DNA of 53,331 nucleotides from Nitrospirota bacterium (GTDB taxonomy: Bacteria > Nitrospirota > Thermodesulfovibrionia > Thermodesulfovibrionales > Dissulfurispiraceae), in the NCBI GenBank assembly GCA_037442225.1, contig JBBIQQ010000001.1:1-53331 (forward strand), in the 5' to 3' direction. Below the pieces are notes generated by a model. That model was not told the origin of the DNA, did not search any database, and worked only from the letters and a program-made list of their open reading frames with translations. Position 1 is the first letter of the stretch. Each line of letters begins with the position of its first letter. Position numbers and translations under genes: made by a program. Positions 46,795 to 53,331 of this stretch are shown one piece after another.

Positions 46795-47755
46795 CCTTGC
46801 CTCCGATAATAATCTTGCCCTCTTCTTCCAGACGCTTTGCAACGCGGACAATATTCATCTGCGCCTTCTCGACGTCGGTAATGCGGACCGCGCCTTTTGC
46901 GTCGATCTCATCTTTGAGAATCTGAACGGCACGTTGCGACATATTGCGGAACACCTTATCCTTGAGTTCATCAGAAGTCGCCTTGAGCGCAAGAGCAAGG
47001 TCGTCAGTCGTGATCTCCTTCAGAATCATCTGGATGCCGCGATCGTCGATAGTGTTGAGGTCATCAAAGGTAAACATGAGCTTGCGAATCTCGTCGGCGA
47101 GAATCTGATCCTTTTCTTCAATATTCTTCAGAATGAGATCTTCCGACGAACGGTCAAGCTGATTGAGAATCTCGGCAACCGTGCGGATGCCGCCAATCTT
47201 CCGGCCGCGAGTATAGGTCTGAAGTTGCGTCTGAAGCACGTCCTCAAGCTCCTCGAGCACTGACGGCGATATCTGATCGAGGCTCGCGATGCGAAGCGAT
47301 ACATCGATTTTCAGATGTTCCGGCAGCTTGCCCAGCACTTCAGCTGCCTGAACCGGCTCGAGGTGCGCAAGGATAATGGCAATGGTCTGGGGGTGTTCGC
47401 GGGTGAGCATTGTTGCAATTGCGCTTGAGTCGAGCCAGCGCAGCACATCAAATGCACTTGCCCCGCTCTCAATCTTTTCAATCAGCTTCTTGGCCTGCTC
47501 GTCACCGAACGCCTTATTGAGAATCTTCTTGATATATTCATCATCGACAGACATCAGGGCAGTGCCGGTCTTGTCCTGAAATTCCTCCAGCACCGTTGCG
47601 AGCATTTCAGGCGAGACCTTGACCCGTGACATCATCGGAATTATCCGGCCAAGCTCAATCGGATCAAGATGCTTGAATATTTCCGTTGCAGCGTCTTCAC
47701 CGACAATAGAAAGGAGTGTCGCGGCCTTTTCGACCCCAGTCAGCTTCTTCACCAT
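46772..47755 (-). CDS. fliG: Rotor/switch protein FliG
   Basis: LTGVEKAATLLSIVGED..., EILNQLDR, MFTFDDL. Confidence 0.95.
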   Translation of the reverse strand: MVKKLTGVEKAATLLSIVGEDAATEIFKHLDPIELGRIIPMMSRVKVSPEMLATVLEEFQDKTGTALMSVDDEYIKKILNKAFGDEQAKKLIEKIESGASAFDVLRWLDSSAIATMLTREHPQTIAIILAHLEPVQAAEVLGKLPEHLKIDVSLRIASLDQISPSVLEELEDVLQTQLQTYTRGRKIGGIRTVAEILNQLDRSSEDLILKNIEEKDQILADEIRKLMFTFDDLNTIDDRGIQMILKEITTDDLALALKATSDELKDKVFRNMSQRAVQILKDEIDAKGAVRITDVEKAQMNIVRVAKRLEEEGKIIIGGKGGEELIG

Positions 47756-47761
47756 AGGGGA

Positions 47762-49270
47762 TTACTCCGCCATCCAGTCCTTGAGGACCGTTGCCGCTTT
47801 TTTCGGATCCTGCTTGACAGCGCCCCGCACCTGCTCCTTGAGCACATCTTCCGCCGCAACCTCAGGCACGCCGGCCGCCTGCTGATACCCTGCTATTTCA
47901 GGCGACATTACCCGAACAGGACGCTTGAGAATTTCAATCAGAGGCTTCAGAACGAAGAGCACAAGCAGAACAACAGCAATGGTTGGGACAAGATAGCGCA
48001 GCGCCGTAAAGATTATTCCCTTCCAGTCTGTCTCTGCCTTCAAATCCTCTACCGTCGTCTCAAACGGCACATTCTCGATAATGACCAGATCTCCTCGATC
48101 CTTGTTAAACCCTATCGCGGCACGAACGAGATCGTTATACTTTTTCATGTCGGCTTCCGTGCGAGGCACAAAAACATTCTTCTCGCCTTCTTTCTTATAG
48201 GTCCCGTCAACCAGCACCGCAACCGATACGCTCTTCAGTTCGCCGCGCGGCTGGATAATTTTACTGACGCTCCGGCTCACTTCGTACTGAATGCTCTCAT
48301 TCTGCTTCTGCGAGCCGCCGGTTCCGGCCGCGGCACCGCCCGGCTGAGAACCGGGCTGATTCGAAAGAACCCCCGGTATGCCTGCTGTTGCCGACCCTCC
48401 GGACTTCTCCGAACTTCTCTGTTCATTCCGGACAGCAGTGGTATCCGGATCAAACTTTTCTTCAGTTCTTTCGATCTTCGCAAAGTCAAGCTTCGTCGAG
48501 ACCCGGACAACTGCCTTGCCCTTTCCGACCACACTTTCAAGCATGCTCTGGAGCTTCTGCTGATATTCCTGATCAACGGATTTCTGATACTCAAGCTGCT
48601 TGGCATCGGCCGCTGAGTCCGTTTCAGATGGCTTTGACAAAAGCGTTCCCATACTGTCAATAACAGAGATATGACTCGGGGACAAGCCCTCCACCCCGCT
48701 GGAGACAAGATGCACGATACCGCCGACCTGAGAGCGGCTCAGCGTTCTGCCCGCTCTCAGTTTGAGTACAACTGAGGCTGTTGGCTTTTCTTCTTTGTCG
48801 GTAAAGATGGTCTTTTCAGGAATGGCAATATGCACACGCGCCTGCTCAACCTCGTTCATCTGGCGAATTGTCCTCGCAAGCTCTCCCTGCAGCGCCCGGA
48901 CATAATTCAGCCGCTGCACAAATTCAGTAACCCCTATCTGGTTCTTGTCGAAAAGTTCAAACCCAACCCCGCCACCCTGAGGCATGCCGAGAGCCGCCAG
49001 TTCGAGCCGGAGTTCGTACACTTTGGCGGCGGGAACATAAATGGTATTCCCTTCAACGCGATACGGAACCTTCATCTCCCTGAGCTTGCCGATGACCTGC
49101 CCGGCGTCTTCCTGACCAAGATTGCTGTAGAGTACCTGAATGTCTTCCCGCTGGCTCCAGAACATAATCGCGGCCATCAGCGCGATGCTCAACGCAAGGA
49201 CGCCGCCCAGAGCGAGTTTCTGCTTCAGCGGCCAGAGACGAAACCGTTCTATGAGGTCATTCAGTGCCAT
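47762..49270 (-). CDS. fliF: MS-ring protein FliF
   Basis: 502 aa, N-terminal TM, YscJ/FliF ring-building motifs, C-terminal TM. Confidence 0.9.
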   Translation of the reverse strand: MALNDLIERFRLWPLKQKLALGGVLALSIALMAAIMFWSQREDIQVLYSNLGQEDAGQVIGKLREMKVPYRVEGNTIYVPAAKVYELRLELAALGMPQGGGVGFELFDKNQIGVTEFVQRLNYVRALQGELARTIRQMNEVEQARVHIAIPEKTIFTDKEEKPTASVVLKLRAGRTLSRSQVGGIVHLVSSGVEGLSPSHISVIDSMGTLLSKPSETDSAADAKQLEYQKSVDQEYQQKLQSMLESVVGKGKAVVRVSTKLDFAKIERTEEKFDPDTTAVRNEQRSSEKSGGSATAGIPGVLSNQPGSQPGGAAAGTGGSQKQNESIQYEVSRSVSKIIQPRGELKSVSVAVLVDGTYKKEGEKNVFVPRTEADMKKYNDLVRAAIGFNKDRGDLVIIENVPFETTVEDLKAETDWKGIIFTALRYLVPTIAVVLLVLFVLKPLIEILKRPVRVMSPEIAGYQQAAGVPEVAAEDVLKEQVRGAVKQDPKKAATVLKDWMAE

Positions 49271-49275
49271 TCACG

Positions 49276-49575
49276 TTATACCTGCATTCTTGAGATTTCT
49301 TCATACGCAGTGAGCAGCTTATTACGAACCTGCATGAGCGTCTGTAGCGACATGTCGGCCTTTTCCATTGCGATAACAACGGTGTGGATATCCTTGACCT
49401 CGCCGTTGGCAAACGCCTGAATTGCCTTTTCAGCGTTGTTCTGCACATCCTGCGCTTCCCGCAACGCATCGCTGATAGCCTCGGCAAAAGACGGCCCCGT
49501 GGTTGTATGCTTCTGCTGAAGCGGCTCAGCAATTGGCTGACCACTCAGCCCGCTTATTTTTTGAATTTCGTTCAT
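49276..49575 (-). CDS. fliE: FliE
   Basis: C-terminal EKADMSLQTLMQVRNKLLTAYEEISRMQV. ATG 49575 (GGGGAGG upstream). Confidence 0.85.
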   Translation of the reverse strand: MNEIQKISGLSGQPIAEPLQQKHTTTGPSFAEAISDALREAQDVQNNAEKAIQAFANGEVKDIHTVVIAMEKADMSLQTLMQVRNKLLTAYEEISRMQV

Positions 49576-49602
49576 ATGCGCCTCCCCATGCACTTCCAGA
49601 AA

Positions 49603-50013
49603 CTAAACCTTTGTAATATCCAGTGTTTTCAGAAACATATCCTTATATGTGCTGATGAGCGTCAGATTTGCTTCGTATGCCCGAGACGCCGCCAGCATAT
49701 TCACCATTTCCTCAATAATATTCACGTTCGGCATGCTGACATAGCCCGACGCATCAGCATCCGGATGTGCCGGATCAAAAACCAGGCGCGGCGGGCGATC
49801 ATCCTCAACAACCCGCGGGATATCGACTCCGATCGAGCTTTCATCATACATGAATGAACGGAAAACCACGTCTTTCCGTTTATAGGGGACTCCCTCCGGA
49901 GTTTTTGTCGAATTCACATTCGCCACATTTGATGCAATAACATTGAGGCGGACTTTCTGGGCCTCAAGGGCGGTGGCGCTCACTTTGAGCGAAAGAAACA
50001 TCTCTCTCATCAT
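49603..50013 (-). CDS. flgC: Proximal rod protein FlgC
   Basis: ALEAQKVRLNVIASNVANVNST...; C-terminal VNMLAASRAYEAN. Confidence 0.95.
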   Translation of the reverse strand: MMREMFLSLKVSATALEAQKVRLNVIASNVANVNSTKTPEGVPYKRKDVVFRSFMYDESSIGVDIPRVVEDDRPPRLVFDPAHPDADASGYVSMPNVNIIEEMVNMLAASRAYEANLTLISTYKDMFLKTLDITKV

Positions 50014-50354
50014 GCTCCTCCGCGGAGAACGCTCTTCAGCATACGCACTTTCATCGTCAGAAGCTGCGTTGCGGCATTGTAAATCAGACTGTTCTCGGCA
50101 ACTTTTGCCATCTCCACATCAATATTGACGGTATTTCCGTCCCGGTTGGGTAACGTTGTCATAGGTTCATAAATTACCATGCCACCCTTGAGACTTCCTC
50201 CTGCGAGCGCTTTATCCAGTTCTCCCTGGAAGTCAATATCACGCGCCCGATACCCCGGGGTGTCAGCATTCGCTATATTGGATGTCAAAATTCTCTGCCT
50301 GTAGGCGGAGATGTCGAGCATCGTTGCGAGGGTTTTCATACTGGAATCAGCCAT
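50010..50354 (-). CDS. flgB: Proximal rod protein FlgB
   Basis: YRQRILTSNIANADTPGYRARD. Confidence 0.9.
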   Translation of the reverse strand: MADSSMKTLATMLDISAYRQRILTSNIANADTPGYRARDIDFQGELDKALAGGSLKGGMVIYEPMTTLPNRDGNTVNIDVEMAKVAENSLIYNAATQLLTMKVRMLKSVLRGGA

Positions 50355-50403
50355 TTATATTCTCCTTGGTGCAGGATTGGCATTGAACTATGCTCATTAA
50401 TTA

Positions 50404-50419
50404 AGCAATTCCCGTGCCT
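50404..50419 (-). promoter_or_regulatory. Sigma54 promoter of flgB-flgC-fliE-fliF...
   Basis: Minus strand AGGCACGGGAATTGCT, immediately after the activator-gene stop and about 50 nt upstream of the flgB ATG. Confidence 0.8.
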
Positions 50420-50420
50420 G

Positions 50421-51734
50421 TTAACCGACAATTTCCGACTCTGAAATCGCATATTCCCTGATCTTGTTCCTGATGGTGCGGACGCTCAGCCCCAGCTGTT
50501 CAGCCGTGCGAGTGCGGTTTCCTCCTGTTTCGCGGAGCGTCCTGACAATCATTTCGCGCTCCATATCCTTTATCGTCCCGCACGGCTGGGGTCTTGAGAC
50601 GTCCTCTGCCGGCAGAAGTGTCGCAACCGGCACGGACTGAGAAGACGGCGGCTGCAGCTCATCAGATCCGGAAACTACCGCGGTCCGGTAAATAAAATTC
50701 TCCAGTTCACGCACGTTTCCTTCCCAAGTCTGGATGAATAAATATTCAGCGAGCCCCGGGGAAATTCGAAAAGCCCTGCCCATTTTTTGCGCCAGTCTCT
50801 TCAGGAAGAACCCGGCAAGCGGGAGGATATCGTCCTTTCGGTCACGCAAAGGCGGGATGACTATCGGGAAAACATTGAGCCGATAATATAAATCCTCCCG
50901 GAATCTGCCCTGCTTGACCTCAGCAAGCAGATCCCGGTTTGTGGTCGAGATAACCCTCACATCCAGCGGGATCGGTGACTTGCCGCCGACGCGATCAATC
51001 TCACGTTCCTGAACGGCACGAAGCAGTTTCGCTTGCAACGTCGGTGCCATTTCACTGATTTCATCCAGCAGAAGCGTTCCGTGATTGGCAAGTTCGAATT
51101 TGCCGGTTCGACGATCAACCGCTCCAGTGAAAGCCCCCTTTTCATGCCCGAAAAGCTCTGATTCGAGCAGGCTTTCCGAAATTGCCGCGCAATTTACCGC
51201 GACAAAGGGCTGCCGGAATCGAGTGCTGTGGCGATGCATGGCACGCGCAACGACCTCCTTGCCGGTGCCGCTTTCCCCCGTAAGGAGCACGGTAATATAA
51301 CTTTTGGCAACTTCCCGCACAAGCGTGAGGATGGCCTTCATGGACTGCGACACAGCGATGATGTCAGTCTCATCGGGAGGCATAATGCGTTCAATCGTCG
51401 CGCACAGCGCGTCGAATGAAAAAGGCTTCATAACATAATCGGTCGCTCCAAGCTTCATCGCCTCCACCGCATTCTGAACGGTTCCGAATCCCGTTATCAC
51501 TATGACCGGCACAAAAATGCCGCGCCGACGGATTTCCTGCAAAAATTCGATGCCATTCATTTTTGGCATTTTCATGTCCGTGATAATCAACGAAAAGTCT
51601 GCAAGATTGGCCTTTTGAAGGACATCTGCCGCATTATGAAACACCGTCGGCTGAAAACCAACCCGCTTGAGCGACTCCTCGAGCGCAACCGCCATATCGA
51701 TTTCGTCGTCAACTATCAATACTGTTTTTGTCAT
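50421..51734 (-). CDS. Sigma54-dependent response regulator (REC + AAA+ + Fis-type HTH), FlgR/FlrC/FleR-like
   Basis: IITDMKMPKMNG; GESGTGKE; GAFTGA loop (EKGAFTGAV); C-terminal RTAEQLGLSVRTIRNKI. Confidence 0.9.
   Translation of the reverse strand: MTKTVLIVDDEIDMAVALEESLKRVGFQPTVFHNAADVLQKANLADFSLIITDMKMPKMNGIEFLQEIRRRGIFVPVIVITGFGTVQNAVEAMKLGATDYVMKPFSFDALCATIERIMPPDETDIIAVSQSMKAILTLVREVAKSYITVLLTGESGTGKEVVARAMHRHSTRFRQPFVAVNCAAISESLLESELFGHEKGAFTGAVDRRTGKFELANHGTLLLDEISEMAPTLQAKLLRAVQEREIDRVGGKSPIPLDVRVISTTNRDLLAEVKQGRFREDLYYRLNVFPIVIPPLRDRKDDILPLAGFFLKRLAQKMGRAFRISPGLAEYLFIQTWEGNVRELENFIYRTAVVSGSDELQPPSSQSVPVATLLPAEDVSRPQPCGTIKDMEREMIVRTLRETGGNRTRTAEQLGLSVRTIRNKIREYAISESEIVG
51035..51049 (-). 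promoter_or_regulatory. Intragenic perfect sigma54 core TGGCAC-N5-TTGC inside the activator gene
   Basis: Minus strand TGGCACCGACGTTGC, within codons for ...EMAPTLQAK... Confidence 0.3.
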
Positions 51735-51737
51735 CGG

Positions 51738-52847
51738 CTAGTCATGCCTTTCCAACGGAAAAACAATAGTAAATATCGTGCCTGCGCCCGGAGCGCTCTG
51801 CACCTGAATGCGTCCTGCATGGGCCGCGACAATGCTCGCGGCAATCGACATGCCGAGCCCGGTTCCGCGATCTTTTGTCGAAAAAAACGGCTCAAAAAGC
51901 CGCGCTGACGTTTCCTCATCCATGCCGGCGCCGGTGTCGCTGAAAAGTATATGGACCTCTCCACCGGCACTCGTCATGCTAATTTCTATCTTACCGCCAT
52001 CCGGCATCGCCTGAAAAGCATTCAGCAGAAGGTTGATAAAAGCCTGCCTGAGCAGGCTTCGGTCTGCCAGCATTGCCAAGGGCTCCGATGCTATGAGCGA
52101 AAGCACTATCCTGCTGCCAAGAAAAACGCCCCGGAAATCTTCAACAAGTTCGCTGACTACTTCGCGCAGATCCAGCGCGGCAAAGGACGGGCGGACTCCT
52201 CCCGAAAACCGCAGCATATTATCGAGAGTGTTCACCAGATGCCGCACCGAGTTCGATATTCGCCCGGCGTACGACGCGGTCGGCGTTCCTTCAAGGTCTT
52301 TGGTGAGCAAACTCGCAAAAAGCTCGATACTCCCGAGCGGATTCCGGATTTCGTGGGCAATCTTGGTGACCAGTTCACCCATTGCGGTCATGCGCCGGTT
52401 CCGTTCATTTTCAGCTTCAAGCTCTTTCAGGCGGGTAATGTCCTGAAAAAAAAGCACGCTGCCATCCGTATCTCCATGCTGATTTTTTACGTCTGCGCGG
52501 GAAATGATTGCGGGAAATTCTTTTCCGCCCGCGCACACGACCGTCTGCTCTGAAAAAACCGCAGGCAGAGAAACAGATCCTACTAGGGTGCTCGCCGGGG
52601 CATCCAGCAGACACTCCGCCGTTTTGTTCACCAACTGAACCACGCCGTTGCCGTCGAAATAGACGACGCCGACATCAATACTGTCGAGAATGCTGTTGAG
52701 CAGCTGTTTTTTATGCTCCACCTCGTCGGTCAGAAGGCGCACACGCTCTTCCAGCGTCTGATAATATGCCATGACCGCGGAAGACGCCGAATTGAAACGC
52801 TCTATAGCCTGACCGAGGAGTGTTATATCCTGTGGATTTTCAGCCAT
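51738..52847 (-). CDS. PAS sensor histidine kinase (FlgS/FlrB/FleS-like partner)
   Basis: H-box AHEIRNPLGSI; HATPase DTGAGMD, GTGLGMSIA. No TM segment seen. Confidence 0.85.
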   Translation of the reverse strand: MAENPQDITLLGQAIERFNSASSAVMAYYQTLEERVRLLTDEVEHKKQLLNSILDSIDVGVVYFDGNGVVQLVNKTAECLLDAPASTLVGSVSLPAVFSEQTVVCAGGKEFPAIISRADVKNQHGDTDGSVLFFQDITRLKELEAENERNRRMTAMGELVTKIAHEIRNPLGSIELFASLLTKDLEGTPTASYAGRISNSVRHLVNTLDNMLRFSGGVRPSFAALDLREVVSELVEDFRGVFLGSRIVLSLIASEPLAMLADRSLLRQAFINLLLNAFQAMPDGGKIEISMTSAGGEVHILFSDTGAGMDEETSARLFEPFFSTKDRGTGLGMSIAASIVAAHAGRIQVQSAPGAGTIFTIVFPLERHD

Positions 52848-52853
52848 ACGACA

Positions 52854-53331
52854 TTACCTGTTCAAATACATCTGCGCTGCTTCACCGATTTCTCCCCCGC
52901 CGGCAGCGGCCTTTTCCAGAAACTCGCGATTCTTCGCAAGTTTCCCGTATTGATAGTGCAGCCACTGCTTTTGCCGGTCGTCATCCAGTTTGCTGTCAAG
53001 CGCTTTCCTGTAATATTTCTCGGCCGACCTGCTTTGTCCGCTCAGATACAGGGCATCTGCCGCCTTGATCATGGCATCGGCGTTACCTTGATCAGCTGCC
53101 GAGGCATAATGCTTCAGCGCTGCCTTCTTATCTCCCATCTTCCAGTACAGATCGCCAAGACGTGCTTCGATATGCGGCTGCTTTCCCTGCTTGATTGTTT
53201 TCAGAAACAGCTCGATTGCCCCTTTGACATCACCCTTTTTTTCGGCAATATCTCCCATCACCAGAAGAGCGCTCTGGCCATGCTGTTTACTCGCGAGAAG
53301 GGGTTGCAGCAACTTCATGGCTTCATCATAC
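52854..53331 (-). CDS. Sel1/TPR-repeat protein, 5' end probably beyond the window
   Basis: Repeats such as GDLYWKMGDKKAALKHYASAADQGNADA. The frame stays open upstream of the track ATG (53318) to base 53331. Confidence 0.6.
   Translation of the reverse strand, partial: YDEAMKLLQPLLASKQHGQSALLVMGDIAEKKGDVKGAIELFLKTIKQGKQPHIEARLGDLYWKMGDKKAALKHYASAADQGNADAMIKAADALYLSGQSRSAEKYYRKALDSKLDDDRQKQWLHYQYGKLAKNREFLEKAAAGGGEIGEAAQMYLNR

Noticed and set aside
47669-48616. 315-aa plus-strand ORF. Similar + ORFs occur at 24104..24847, 25761..26603, 7179..7796, 10255..10863, 46451..47263 and 29590..30237.
   Set aside because: All lie antisense to well-supported minus-strand genes (fliF, cheW::cheZ/cheB, cheA, the TolC-like gene, pyrD, fliH/fliG, the HEAT gene). 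They have skewed Arg/Ser/Leu-rich composition, typical of shadow frames.
1-53331. Search for CRISPR arrays, tRNA or rRNA genes, IS elements, integrases, toxin-antitoxin pairs or defence islands.
   Set aside because: No spacer-repeat periodicity, no non-coding gap large enough other than 21787..22190 and 43664..43937 (analysed above), and no transposase-like or integrase-like ORFs. The window looks like core chromosome.

Overview
This is a 53.3-kb bacterial chromosomal window in which every credible gene (about 62 CDS) lies on the minus strand. I saw no rRNA, tRNA, CRISPR array, transposase or integrase.

Gene content, read in the direction of transcription (high to low coordinates):
- A partial Sel1/TPR protein.
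- A PAS histidine kinase plus a sigma54-dependent NtrC/FlgR/FlrC-type response regulator.
- A Bacillus-like fla gene order: flgB-flgC-fliE-fliF-fliG-fliH-fliI-fliJ-(MgtE_N/YlxF-like)-fliK-flgD-flgE-fliL-fliM-fliN-fliO-fliP-fliQ-fliR-flhB-flhA-flhF-flhG-fliA.
- A chemosensory module: HEAT-repeat protein-cheR-REC-cheY-cheA-cheW::cheZ-cheB-HDOD.
- A second flagellar block: flgF-flgG-flgA-flgH-flgI-flgJ-flgM-flgN-flgK-flgL-csrA-fliW.
- Housekeeping genes: greA, pyrK-pyrD, mlaE-mlaF-mlaD-(TolC-like)-mlaC, iscR-(tusA-like)-(iscS-like)-iscU, an orphan response regulator, and valS.

valS is partial and absent from the ORF track because it has no stop codon inside the window.

Promoter-like elements read directly from the sequence:
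- Four intergenic sigma54 (-24/-12) promoters, ahead of flgB, fliK, fliL and flgF.
- Two intragenic sigma54 consensus matches.
- A near-consensus sigma28 promoter ahead of flgM.
- A second sigma28-like promoter ahead of an unannotated 69-codon ORF.

I did not find a clearly novel multi-gene system such as a defence island. The most unusual observations are:
1. A CheW-CheZ fusion gene whose CheZ catalytic motif and CheY-P-binding tail lie in frame behind a TAG stop.
2. An IscS-like protein with the PLP lysine and other PLP ligands substituted.
3. A 615-aa HEAT-repeat protein translationally coupled to cheR.
4. A response regulator carrying three acidic D-[DE]-L-A-x-Q-W repeats.
5. Tandem dyad repeats upstream of the fliK sigma54 promoter.

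Flagellin, fliD, fliS and motAB are not in the window. The taxon cannot be assigned from the sequence alone. L/P-ring genes plus sigma54 control indicate a diderm, and the minimal ISC-like genes hint at an anaerobe (inference only).
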